In this document: positions 55,466 through 64,000 of the stretch, piece by piece
Position numbering within the stretch: position 1 is the stretch's first letter
Layout of the letters: every line of letters begins with the position of its first letter
DNA from: an uncultured Verrucomicrobia subdivision 3 bacterium
GTDB lineage: Bacteria; Verrucomicrobiota; Verrucomicrobiia; Limisphaerales; UBA11358
DNA: 64,000 nt
NCBI GenBank assembly: GCA_903850425.1
Contig: CAINLR010000131.1
Location: 71,642-135,641 of the forward strand
Reading direction: 5' to 3'
The notes under the pieces: model-generated
The model's database searches: none
What the model was told of the DNA's origin: nothing
What the model saw: only the letters and a program-made list of their open reading frames with translations
Translations under genes and position numbers: made by a program

Positions 55466-55519
55466 GAAATGAAAAATGAAAAATGAAAAATGAAAAAACA
55501 AACCAGTTTTCATTTGGAC
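55466..55519. repeat. heptamer tandem repeat (ATGAAAA x4) with short inverted partner
   Basis: 55466-55497 is GAAATGAAAAATGAAAAATGAAAAATGAAAAA. TTTTCATTT follows at about 55508-55516 and is complementary to AAATGAAAA. The element fills the 60-nt spacer between two minus-strand genes. Confidence 0.7.
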
Positions 55520-55523
55520 CTTC

Positions 55524-56498
55524 TTAGTGACGCTGTTCATACACCCACTGGTTCTGCTGGAGCCATTCCAGCGTGCGCCGGATACCTTGCTCGATGGTCA
55601 GCGACGTTTTCCAGCCGGTGCTTTGGATTTTTTTGGTGTCGAGGAAGATGAACGGATTGTCACCCACCCAGCCGCGGCTGCCACCGGTGTATTCCAATTT
55701 CGGTTCCAACCCGAGCGCGCCGCAGATATAGCCGATGGAATTGTTGACCTGCACGTATTCGTCGCAACCGAGGTTGTAGATTTCCACGCCGTGCTTGGCT
55801 TGCTTCGCCGTGCCTTGCCCAATGACGTGCAACATGGCGCTGACGCAGTCTTGCACATACAGATAACTTTTCCGCTGCGAGCCGTCGCCGAGAACTTTCA
55901 GCCGGTCGGGATGTTCGAGGAGTTGCTGGTAGAAGTCGAAAACGTGGCCGTGCGTGTAGCGTTCGCCGAGAATCGAGACGAACCGGAAAATGTAGCCTTC
56001 GAACTTAAAACCCTCGCAATAAGAGGAAATCATGCCCTCGCCGGAAACCTTGGACGCGGCGTAAAGCGACGTTTGGATCGGAAACGGCGCGTCTTCCGGC
56101 GTGGGAATCACCGCCGCCTCGCCATAAACGCTGCCGGTGGAACTGAAGGCGATGCGCCTGATGCCATTGGCCCGCATCGCTTCGAGGACGTTGAAAGTCG
56201 CCACGGTGTTTTGCTGCAAGTCTTTTGACGGATGCTCCAGTCCGAAGCGCACATCGGCATTCGCCGCCAGATGAATAACGGTGTCGCAGCCGACCATCGC
56301 TTTGGTGAGCGCGGGCAGATTCAGATTGTCGCCTTCGATGAGCTTGAAGCGGGGATGTTTTAGCGCGCCGGCGAGAAATTTCCTCTGGCCGGTGGAGAAA
56401 TTATCCCAGCCGGTGACGGTTTTGCCATCAGCCAGCAGCCGATCCACGAGGTTGCTGCCGATGAATCCGGCCGCGCCAGTGATGAAAAAGTGTTCCAT
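55524..56498 (-). CDS. NAD-dependent epimerase/dehydratase (extended SDR)
   Basis: FFITGAAGFIGSNLVDRLL, catalytic YAASKVSGE. 324 aa. Confidence 0.9.
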   Translation of the reverse strand: MEHFFITGAAGFIGSNLVDRLLADGKTVTGWDNFSTGQRKFLAGALKHPRFKLIEGDNLNLPALTKAMVGCDTVIHLAANADVRFGLEHPSKDLQQNTVATFNVLEAMRANGIRRIAFSSTGSVYGEAAVIPTPEDAPFPIQTSLYAASKVSGEGMISSYCEGFKFEGYIFRFVSILGERYTHGHVFDFYQQLLEHPDRLKVLGDGSQRKSYLYVQDCVSAMLHVIGQGTAKQAKHGVEIYNLGCDEYVQVNNSIGYICGALGLEPKLEYTGGSRGWVGDNPFIFLDTKKIQSTGWKTSLTIEQGIRRTLEWLQQNQWVYEQRH

Positions 56499-56645
56499 GA
56501 TTGAGCGCGGAGTCTAGGCCAAGCCGCCTCCGCTCGCCAGTAATTTTGGCGCTGCCCAGCAGGCTCGCGCCATCCATTCCCGCCAGATTCGGGTTTGCGA
56601 CCCCAGATGCTTTCTGCTAATGACAGGCGCACAAAATAATAAACC

Positions 56646-57401
56646 ATGGCAAATTTCATCCTGAAACAACTACAGACTTCAGTGGCCCGCTACCGCCATC
56701 TTGGGATTGAACGGTCCAATGCCTGGGCGGGACAAACGGCGGCCGGATTGAAGCCAGGGAGTATTTTGGATGTGGGTTGCGGCGATGGTGCAATGTTGGC
56801 GCGCTATTTCAAAGCGATGCCGCGCGAATACTACGGCGTCGAAGGGGCGCCGGATCACGTGGCCGCCGCTGAGCAGCGCGGCATGAAGGTGGCCAGCTTT
56901 GACCTGAACGGGCGCTGGCCGTATCCGGACAACAAGTTTGAGGTTGTCTTCAGTTCGCAGGTGATCGAACACATTCATAACACGCGCCTGTTCGTCGAGG
57001 AAATGTTTCGCGTGCTGAAGCCGGGCGGCACCGCCATCGTGACGTCGGAAAATTTGTGCAGCCTGTTGAATTGTTCCGCGCTGTTGCTCGGCTATACGCC
57101 GTTTTCATTGATGCAGGTTTGCGGGCGGTTTTATGGCAATCCGCTGGGCCTGCATTATGGCGAACCGATTGCGGAGCATGTGCCGATTGATCATCCGGCG
57201 TTCTCGGGCGTCGCCGGACACATCCGCATTTTGACGGTGCGGCAGGCCAAAGAGATTTTTGCCCAAGCCGGTTTTGAAGTGGACGCACATTCCGTGAGCA
57301 TTTTGCCGCTGCCCGACGGCGTGAGCCGCTTTCTGGAAAAATTCATCCGCGAGCGAGGCCATTACCTCAATATCCGAGCGCGCAAGCCGGATAAAATCTG
57401 A
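56646..57401 (+). CDS. class I SAM-dependent methyltransferase
   Basis: Motif I ILDVGCGDGAML and post-I/II elements (VVFSSQVIEHI, LKPGGTAIV). Confidence 0.8.
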   Translation: MANFILKQLQTSVARYRHLGIERSNAWAGQTAAGLKPGSILDVGCGDGAMLARYFKAMPREYYGVEGAPDHVAAAEQRGMKVASFDLNGRWPYPDNKFEVVFSSQVIEHIHNTRLFVEEMFRVLKPGGTAIVTSENLCSLLNCSALLLGYTPFSLMQVCGRFYGNPLGLHYGEPIAEHVPIDHPAFSGVAGHIRILTVRQAKEIFAQAGFEVDAHSVSILPLPDGVSRFLEKFIRERGHYLNIRARKPDKI

Positions 57402-57837
57402 TTCGTTCAGAGGATTTCTTTGGGAAATGTGGCCAGGTGGATTTTGTTTGCGGACCGGCCAAATTCGCCGGTGGCATTCCGTATCATCACAATTACCCGG
57501 TTCAATTTAAGCCCGCTCGCGGCTCAACTTGGGAAAATTGGAATGGTGGGCTGTTCACTCCGCCCAGCGCGACGAATTCGCGATCCTCCTTCATCACGAA
57601 CGATCTGGGATGCTTCCGCCTACAACACGTGCCGTGACTTAGCGCCGGATACCGGCACATTTCCTCCGCACCTCAGCAAGCGACGGTTTCCGCTGCCAGT
57701 GTGGCCCTCGCTGAACATCAAGGCGCCAGCCGGAGGAACGCCCGAAGCCACGGATTGAAGCCCTGAGGACGGTCCTTTTAGCTTGAAAAAAACCACCGCA
57801 TCTGTTCTTTGTGACGACCCTTTGCGGGCCGATAATT

Positions 57838-58452
57838 ATGCGCTTTGTAACAAAAATGGCTTTTGGACTGAATCTGCTGATCCGGCAGAATCCGGCGCGC
57901 TTTCTGTTCACGGACGCGATCGTGGGCAGTTCCGTGGATGAGCCCGAGGCGGATTTTTTCAGCAAAAACTTAGGCAAGGTGGTCATTTGGGATGTGGGCG
58001 CTTCGATTGGCAAACTGACCACCATCATGGCCAAAAACAGTCCGCAGGCCACGGTGTTCGCGTTCGAGCCGAACTTGAACTCGCTTTATTTTCTCGCCTA
58101 TCGCACGGCCAAATACAACAACGTCGTCATTGTCCCTTGCGCCTTGACGACGGATGGCACGACGTTGACGGGAACCTACGATCCCGATTTCAATGCCCCG
58201 CCCACCGGCCCGCGCGTGGCGACTATTTCCATCGCGGAGGGCATTGCCAAGTCCGGCGTGCCGCAGTTTCTCAAGATGGACATCGAGGGCGCGGAATTTG
58301 CCTTTTTTGAAAGCAAGGAATCGGAGCTGCTCCACCGGACGACCATTCTGGTATCCTGGCATCCGCAGCTCGCCAACAAACCCATCCCCACGGTCAAAGG
58401 CTGGAACAACAAGGCTCTCGACCATCATTTGACTTTGTTGACACCGCTGTAA
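57838..58452 (+). CDS. FkbM family methyltransferase
   Basis: VIWDVGASIGKLT..VFAFEPN and FLKMDIEGAEFAFF are the FkbM-type hallmarks. Start chosen at ATG 57838; the ORF-track start at 57811 is GTG. Confidence 0.75.
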   Translation: MRFVTKMAFGLNLLIRQNPARFLFTDAIVGSSVDEPEADFFSKNLGKVVIWDVGASIGKLTTIMAKNSPQATVFAFEPNLNSLYFLAYRTAKYNNVVIVPCALTTDGTTLTGTYDPDFNAPPTGPRVATISIAEGIAKSGVPQFLKMDIEGAEFAFFESKESELLHRTTILVSWHPQLANKPIPTVKGWNNKALDHHLTLLTPL

Positions 58453-58464
58453 TCTTTGCGCGCC

Positions 58465-59508
58465 ATGCGCCCGCCTTCCGCTCAACCCGCAAAAACTTCT
58501 CCGGCAATGGATGCCGTCTGGCCGCGCGTCAGCATCATCATTCCGACGCTGGACACCGAAGCCATCTTGGAGAACTGCCTCGCGTCCATCGCCCGGCAGA
58601 CCTATCCGCGTGACGACTACGAAATCATTCTCGCCGACGCGCATTCGACCGATCGCACGCGTGAAATCGGGAAAAAATTCGGCGCGGTCATCCTCGACGA
58701 CAACGGCAAAAACATGGAGGAAGGCAAGCGCCTCGCCCTCCAGCACGCCACCGGCGAATACATCGTCTTCGTGGACGCGGATAATGAAATCACGCACGCC
58801 GACTATCTCGAACTCGCCGTCCGAGCGTTGATCGCCAACCCGCAGGCGTTGGGTGTGGAAGGCTATTACCTGCCGTCGTCGAAGATGAGTTCGTTCTGTG
58901 CTTACATCACGCATCGGTTGCACATCAGCGATCCGGTCTGCTGGCTGATGAGCGCGAATCCACAGCTTGTCGCGCGCGCCGGCGAGGTGGAACGATGGGT
59001 TTTGCCGGATGGAACTTTTTCGTATCCGCTCGGCGCGAACGGCTTTGTTTATCGCCGCGCCGATTTGCAATCCGTCCAGGCGAACGAAAAATTTCAGGAC
59101 ACCCACGTCGCGCTCTTCCTCATGAAGAATGGGAAACGCGAATGGCTGCGGCTGCGCGGCCGCGGCGTGCACCATTATTACGTCCAGACACTGCGCGGCT
59201 TTGTGCATAAACGGCGTCGCTCCACGGTGCATTTTCTGCGCGTGCAGGAAGAGATGCCGGTGAACTGGATGAAGGAAAAACCGCTGGTGCCGTTGTGGCT
59301 CGCGGCGGTTTATTGCGTCACTTTCGTCGGTCCGATTTATCACACGGTGCGCGGCCTCGGGCGCGATCGCGATGCGCGCTGGCTCTGGCATTTGCCGGCG
59401 TGTGTGGGCAGCGTGTTGGGCAATGCCTGGGGCGTCTGGACCTACCGGACACGACGCGGCGACAAGAAACTGATCGCCAACCTGAAACCTCCGCAGTTTT
59501 TGAAATAG
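58465..59508 (+). CDS. glycosyltransferase family 2
   Basis: VSIIIPTLDTE..YEIILADAHSTDRT..VFVDADNE (GT-A DxD). C-terminal TM segments are present. ATG 58465 chosen; the ORF-track start at 58456 is TTG. Confidence 0.8.
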   Translation: MRPPSAQPAKTSPAMDAVWPRVSIIIPTLDTEAILENCLASIARQTYPRDDYEIILADAHSTDRTREIGKKFGAVILDDNGKNMEEGKRLALQHATGEYIVFVDADNEITHADYLELAVRALIANPQALGVEGYYLPSSKMSSFCAYITHRLHISDPVCWLMSANPQLVARAGEVERWVLPDGTFSYPLGANGFVYRRADLQSVQANEKFQDTHVALFLMKNGKREWLRLRGRGVHHYYVQTLRGFVHKRRRSTVHFLRVQEEMPVNWMKEKPLVPLWLAAVYCVTFVGPIYHTVRGLGRDRDARWLWHLPACVGSVLGNAWGVWTYRTRRGDKKLIANLKPPQFLK

Positions 59509-59509
59509 C

Positions 59510-60583
59510 ATGGCCAGCCAGATTGAAACTATCGGACGAACGGACAGTCAGCCGCTGGTGAGCATCGTCGTGCTGAATTACAACGGCGCGGGCTGGCTGC
59601 CAAAATGTTTTGGAACCATCAAAACCCAGACCATTCTCGGCCAGATCGAAACCATCATGGTGGACAACAATTCCACCGACGATTCCGTCGCGGTGGCGCA
59701 GCGATTGTTGGCGGATTTTCCCTTGGCCCGCATTGTGCGGAACGACTCCAACCTCGGCTTTTGCGACGGCAATAACTCCGGTGCCCGCGCCGCGACGGGG
59801 CGCTATTTGTTCTTCCTGAACAACGACACGTGGATGGAGCCGGAGTGCATGGAGCAGTTGGTCCAGGGCACCGAGAAACTCGGCGCGGTCGCCGCCACAC
59901 CGTATGTTTTGAATTATCCGGATAGTTCGTTCCAGGATTTTGGCTTTTACGGCTTTGATCTTTTCGGCCTGCCCAGCCCGTCCAAACCGGAGGCCGTTTC
60001 GCGCAACATTTTTATTCCCGGCGGCTGCTCGTATCTCATCCGCACCGATATTTTCAATTTGGTCGGCAGGTTCGACTCGGATTTTTTCATCTACTCGGAC
60101 GATGCGGATCTTGCGTGGCGCTTGACGTTGGCCGGCCACCACGCGGCGGGAATTTTTGAAGCCAAGCTGCATCATCGCGGCGCGGCGGGCGTGAATCCGG
60201 CGGGCGGCATTGAGACGGTGGAGTTCCGCACCACGGACAAGAAGCGGTTTCTGACCAATCGGAACGCGCTGCTGACCATTCTCAAGAACGGCCAGCATCT
60301 TTTGCTGCTGCTGGTCATCCCGCAGATTGCGCTGCTGTTTTTGGAATCGCTCGTCGGCTGCGTGATCCTGCGCCGCCGGTCGTTCCTGCGGGCGAGTTTT
60401 TGGAGCCCGATTGCGGACTGCTGGCGGATGCGCGGCAAAATTCGCGAACAGCGTCGCGCGGCGAAACAATTCCGTCAGCGTTCGGACTTTGCGATGCTGC
60501 AATTTTTCCGCTGGAAACTAAACCGCTGGTTTGAAATCAAGCGCCTATTCCACTTCGGCCTGCCGCGCGTGGACGCCAAGTAG
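59510..60583 (+). CDS. glycosyltransferase family 2
   Basis: VSIVVLNYNG..IMVDNNSTDDS..FCDGNNSGA..FFLNNDTW..SDDADLAWR. The start is 2 nt after the upstream stop. Confidence 0.85.
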   Translation: MASQIETIGRTDSQPLVSIVVLNYNGAGWLPKCFGTIKTQTILGQIETIMVDNNSTDDSVAVAQRLLADFPLARIVRNDSNLGFCDGNNSGARAATGRYLFFLNNDTWMEPECMEQLVQGTEKLGAVAATPYVLNYPDSSFQDFGFYGFDLFGLPSPSKPEAVSRNIFIPGGCSYLIRTDIFNLVGRFDSDFFIYSDDADLAWRLTLAGHHAAGIFEAKLHHRGAAGVNPAGGIETVEFRTTDKKRFLTNRNALLTILKNGQHLLLLLVIPQIALLFLESLVGCVILRRRSFLRASFWSPIADCWRMRGKIREQRRAAKQFRQRSDFAMLQFFRWKLNRWFEIKRLFHFGLPRVDAK

Positions 60584-60851
60584 CCGGGGTGTGCGCGCCG
60601 GATTTCAACCTGAATCCCGCTATTGGAGCGGCCGCAAAAAAAAACGCCAGCGGCACAAGCATGCGCGGGAACGGTTGGGTTCGGCGGCTTGATTTTGCGT
60701 CACGCCTGGGCGCGGCCTTCCGCCAACATAAAAGCGGATATCCACCAATGTTTTTGCGCCTTTTGCGCTTTTTCGCGGCCAATCCACTGCGGCTTCCAGG
60801 TTCACCCAAAACCTGAACTGGACCGTCCGTCCGTCCGTCCGGGATGGCGGA

Positions 60852-61784
60852 TCAGACGTTGCCGTAAATGGTGTTCCGCAAAATCGTGAAGCCTTTCATG
60901 AGTTCCACGATGCCGCGATCCAGTCCCCATTCCGGGGCGAAGCCAGTGGCGGCAATCCGGGCATTGCTGACGATGTAATCACGCTTGTCCGGGTCTTCAC
61001 CGATCGGCGCTTCGACATACACGAACTTCGGCAGATGCTTTTGGATTACTGCGCAGAGTTCGAGCTTGGACAGGTTCGCGTCATCGAGACCAACGTTGTA
61101 GGGCTTGCCTTTCATCGTCTCGAAGTTAGCCAGGCCATGCGTGAAGGCGCGGGCCACGTCGCGGATGTGAATATAATTGCGTTTGAAATGGCCCTCAAAT
61201 ATCAGGACCGCGCGGTCATGAATGGCGCGATAAACAAAATCGTTCACCAAGAGATCCAGGCGCATCCGCGGCGCGCAGCCGAACACGGTGGCGAGGCGGA
61301 AACTGATGCTGTTCGCGCGCGACAGCACAGCTTCCTCGGCTTTCACCTTGGTGACACCGTAAGTGGAGAGCGGGCGCAACGGCGTTTCTTCGGTGCAGAA
61401 TTTTCCTTTTTCGCCGACGCCGTAACCGCTGTTGGTGACGGGCATGATGACCCATTGCTGCGGGCTGGCGAGGCGGCAGATCAGCTCGACGGCGTGCTGG
61501 TTCGTGGAGGTGGTGGCGAGCGCATCGGTGTTGCACAGCGGCACGCCCACGAGGGCGGCGAGCGGAATGACCAGGTCGGCCTTGGCGATCAGCGGTTTCA
61601 GGACCGACTCTTCACGGCAATCGCCGCGCACCACGGAAAACTTTTCCGACTGGCAGCAGTCCAGCAGCGAGTTCTGGTTGAAGTAAAAATTGTCCAGCAC
61701 GGTCACTTCGTGGCCTTGCGCGAGCAGGGTGGGCGTGAGAACGGAACCAAGGTAACCGGCACCGCCGGTGATGAGGATTTTCAT
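60852..61784 (-). CDS. NAD-dependent epimerase/dehydratase family protein
   Basis: MKILITGGAGYLGSVL, catalytic YGVTKVKAE. 310 aa. Confidence 0.85.
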   Translation of the reverse strand: MKILITGGAGYLGSVLTPTLLAQGHEVTVLDNFYFNQNSLLDCCQSEKFSVVRGDCREESVLKPLIAKADLVIPLAALVGVPLCNTDALATTSTNQHAVELICRLASPQQWVIMPVTNSGYGVGEKGKFCTEETPLRPLSTYGVTKVKAEEAVLSRANSISFRLATVFGCAPRMRLDLLVNDFVYRAIHDRAVLIFEGHFKRNYIHIRDVARAFTHGLANFETMKGKPYNVGLDDANLSKLELCAVIQKHLPKFVYVEAPIGEDPDKRDYIVSNARIAATGFAPEWGLDRGIVELMKGFTILRNTIYGNV

Positions 61785-61809
61785 GTTAAAGCAAGTTAAA
61801 GCGAATTAG

Positions 61810-64000
61810 TTAGTGGGTGGTTTGAGACCGGCGACGCTCGGAAAAAAACAGGAGGCCGCACAAAATCATGCCCACGCCGATGGCCGTCAACGTGACGTAA
61901 AGCGGCTTGCTGGGCAAGCTGAATTGGAATTCGACCGTGTGCGGGCCGGCGGGCAGATAAACGCCGCGCATCATGAAATTACAGCGCAGCAGTTCGGCCG
62001 GCTGGCCGTCCACGGTCACGCGCCAGTTGGGATCAAATTTGTCGTTGAGCAGCAGCACCGCGGGCGCACTGGGCTGCGCCTTGAGCGCGAGTCGCTTGGG
62101 GGCGTAGCTGGTGAATTCAGCGCTGCCGGTATTTTCATTGGTGGCTACGGTGGGCAGGTTTTTTAGCGGCGTGGAAACCAAAACGGTTTTAAGCGGATCA
62201 AAATTCAGATCGCCCAATGTCTTCAAGACGGCGGCGTTATTGGTGTTGACCTGCCAGTTGGAAAATAATTTGACGCGGGGCAGCGCGCCGGTGAATTCAA
62301 ACAGCGCGAGTTCGCCGTCGTTGGCGGGCAGGGCCGTGAGTTCCTCCAAGCTCGACGGCTGGGTGATGCCGGGTTTGGCCACCATGTCGAAGCGCTGCGC
62401 GATGCGAAAACGATGTTGCCCGGGGTCAAGCTGCTGGTTCAACACGTCGAGATAACCGGCGGCACCGAGCAGGTAGCGGGTGTTGGTCAATTGCCAGTGG
62501 CGGGCGATGAGCGGCACCGATTCAGCCGTGCCGTGGGGCGAAAGCGCCTCCAAATACGACTTCAAATCCTCCGGCATGCGCGACATCTGGATGAGGTCGA
62601 GGCACTGGATGTTGTAATACGGAAAGTGGTGTTGCATCCACTCAATGCGGTAAATGCCCATGCCGCCAAACGTATTGTCATAGCCGCGCAATTGCGGCTG
62701 GGCTTCGAACGGCAGGCCGGCCACGCGATGTTCGTAAGGCTGGTTCCGCAGCAATTCCAGGATGGGATTCAGCGCGCCGACTTCGTATTTCTGTTTGTAA
62801 TCAACATGGATGATGTAAGGCAGATTGGCCCGGCCCAAATCCAGCAGCAGAAAGGCACCCAGCAGAATTCCACCCAGGCGCGCGCGCGGCCCGGCAAAAT
62901 AGCCGGCAATGACCAGCAGCAGCAACGCGATGGCCACTGCGAATAATAAAAGGAACCAGCCCACCTGGCCGAGGCTGAACGCGATGATTTGCCCGGCAAA
63001 TTCCGCGTCAGGAAAACCGCGTTGCTGAAGGTATTGGATGAAGCCGGGCTTTTGCGCCGAGTAAATCAGCCAGCCCAGGAGGCTCGCGCCCAACATGCCG
63101 CCGCAGGCATAGGTCCATTTCCGGTCAAACGGGTTGACCTTCGCCCACCAGGTTTGCAGTTGCGTGGTGAGATCGGCCGCTTTTGCCGCCGCCGCGTTCA
63201 GGTGACGTTGCTGCAACAAATGCAGTCCATAAGCAAAGACGATGACCAGCGCCCAGGAAAAAAAGATGATGAACTTGCACGGGTTTCGAATGGTGGAAAA
63301 ATACGGCAGCTTGTAGAGCAGCGCGTAAAACGGCGCGAACCGGCCCCACGCAAACAGGAGCGACACGAACATGACGAGCGACCAGAACCAGATGGCTTTT
63401 TTCTGCGCGGACGTGAACGGTGAGTTCTGCCGGCGGAAGGATTGCGCGATGGCCCACAGTGCCACCAGAAACACGAGGATGCCGCAGTAGTCGCCGCCGC
63501 CCGTCTGGCGCATCCAACCCGGCTCCGGCGGTTTGCCTTGGCCACCGCTGTCGAAGAACCGGTCGTTCGCCGGGGCGCGCCCGATGCCGCCCCAATAGAC
63601 TCCGCCGCGATACGCATCCCGCACTTCCGGGGCCATGCCGTTCGGCGTGTCCATTTTGTAACCGAACAGGCCCGGCACCACGATGCCGAGCGTCTCGGCT
63701 TTGGGCAGGCTCCATTGTGTGGCCCAGTCCCAATTGGCCGCCTTGGTCTCGGTTTCCTGGCCCGTGCCGGCGACGCCTTGGATGTAAGTGCCGACCAGGG
63801 CGCTCACGGTTTGCGCCGCCAGAAAGGCTGCGAAGACCGCCACCACCGCCACCCGGCCAACGCCGCGGATAGCCTTCTTCATCACCGTGCCGTCTTCGTC
63901 CGTGAGGGTCCGGATGAAAATAAATCCGGCGATGAGCATGCTGTAGAGCGCCCCGATGTCCGCCGCCTCCATGATGTTGATGCCGACGCACATTCCGGCG
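61810..64000 (-). CDS. large polytopic membrane protein, YfhO-like (5' end outside window)
   Basis: The ORF is open to the window edge. A many-TM N-terminal part, a large extracytoplasmic domain and a final TM (LYVTLTAIGVGMILCGLLFF) match my recollection of YfhO-type glycan-modifying membrane proteins. The family call is tentative. Confidence 0.55.
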   Translation of the reverse strand, partial: AGMCVGINIMEAADIGALYSMLIAGFIFIRTLTDEDGTVMKKAIRGVGRVAVVAVFAAFLAAQTVSALVGTYIQGVAGTGQETETKAANWDWATQWSLPKAETLGIVVPGLFGYKMDTPNGMAPEVRDAYRGGVYWGGIGRAPANDRFFDSGGQGKPPEPGWMRQTGGGDYCGILVFLVALWAIAQSFRRQNSPFTSAQKKAIWFWSLVMFVSLLFAWGRFAPFYALLYKLPYFSTIRNPCKFIIFFSWALVIVFAYGLHLLQQRHLNAAAAKAADLTTQLQTWWAKVNPFDRKWTYACGGMLGASLLGWLIYSAQKPGFIQYLQQRGFPDAEFAGQIIAFSLGQVGWFLLLFAVAIALLLLVIAGYFAGPRARLGGILLGAFLLLDLGRANLPYIIHVDYKQKYEVGALNPILELLRNQPYEHRVAGLPFEAQPQLRGYDNTFGGMGIYRIEWMQHHFPYYNIQCLDLIQMSRMPEDLKSYLEALSPHGTAESVPLIARHWQLTNTRYLLGAAGYLDVLNQQLDPGQHRFRIAQRFDMVAKPGITQPSSLEELTALPANDGELALFEFTGALPRVKLFSNWQVNTNNAAVLKTLGDLNFDPLKTVLVSTPLKNLPTVATNENTGSAEFTSYAPKRLALKAQPSAPAVLLLNDKFDPNWRVTVDGQPAELLRCNFMMRGVYLPAGPHTVEFQFSLPSKPLYVTLTAIGVGMILCGLLFFSERRRSQTTH

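Noticed and set aside
12279-55519. Whether the short tandem repeats could be CRISPR arrays
   Set aside because: The units are 7-10 nt and directly abutting, with no spacers. They are organised as inverted arms, and no cas genes are present. They are not CRISPR.
57970-60502. 513-aa and 394-aa minus-strand ORFs (57970..59511 and 59318..60502) across the FkbM/GT2/GT2 genes
   Set aside because: The plus-strand frames carry the FkbM and GT2 DxD motifs and are tightly coupled. The antisense ORFs have shadow composition.
60628-60842. Possible seventh tandem-repeat hairpin (GCGGCCGCAAAAAAAAACGCC ... TTTTGCGCC TTTTGCGC TTTTTCGCG) and a (CCGT)x4 microsatellite in the convergent spacer
   Set aside because: The arms are only loosely complementary and are separated by about 100 nt. 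The CCGT run is short low-complexity sequence. Neither is convincing enough to count as a family member.

Overview
This is a high-GC (roughly 58-60 % by eye) bacterial chromosomal segment, gene-dense on both strands. Giant PATR-repeat and LTD/CotH secreted proteins and many PVC-style exported proteins suggest Verrucomicrobiota or a related PVC lineage; that is inference, since no search was possible. Recognisable housekeeping genes are uvrC, leuB, tadA, glyQS, infC and hldD. Envelope and glycan functions include an opgG-X-opgH glucan operon, a HlyD/ABC-2 exporter, a GH3 glucosidase and a glycan-synthesis cluster from 52 kb to the window end. I found no rRNA, tRNA, CRISPR array, transposase or integrase. 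The main observations are listed below.

- **Hairpin elements:** a set of intergenic hairpins whose arms are short tandem repeats almost completely fills several intercistronic or divergent spacers. Three are AACATTCAAC-type copies; three more share the architecture but not the sequence.
- **Low-GC cassette (38.9-40.9 kb):** a roughly 2-kb methyltransferase plus PD-(D/E)XK-like nuclease pair sits tightly between two housekeeping genes.
- **PadR operon:** PadR is followed by two tandemly duplicated membrane proteins, preceded by a near-consensus promoter that implies a leaderless transcript.
- **Giant secreted proteins:** two of them (1936 and 1978 aa) share a similar ~75-85-aa C-terminal module.
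- **Sugar dehydrogenase:** a UDP-glucose/GDP-mannose-dehydrogenase-family gene appears to lack the catalytic cysteine.
- **opgG-X-opgH:** an unassigned tail-anchored gene is wedged between opgG and opgH.

All protein calls rest on motifs read in the supplied translations. Start codons are often my choice among alternatives.
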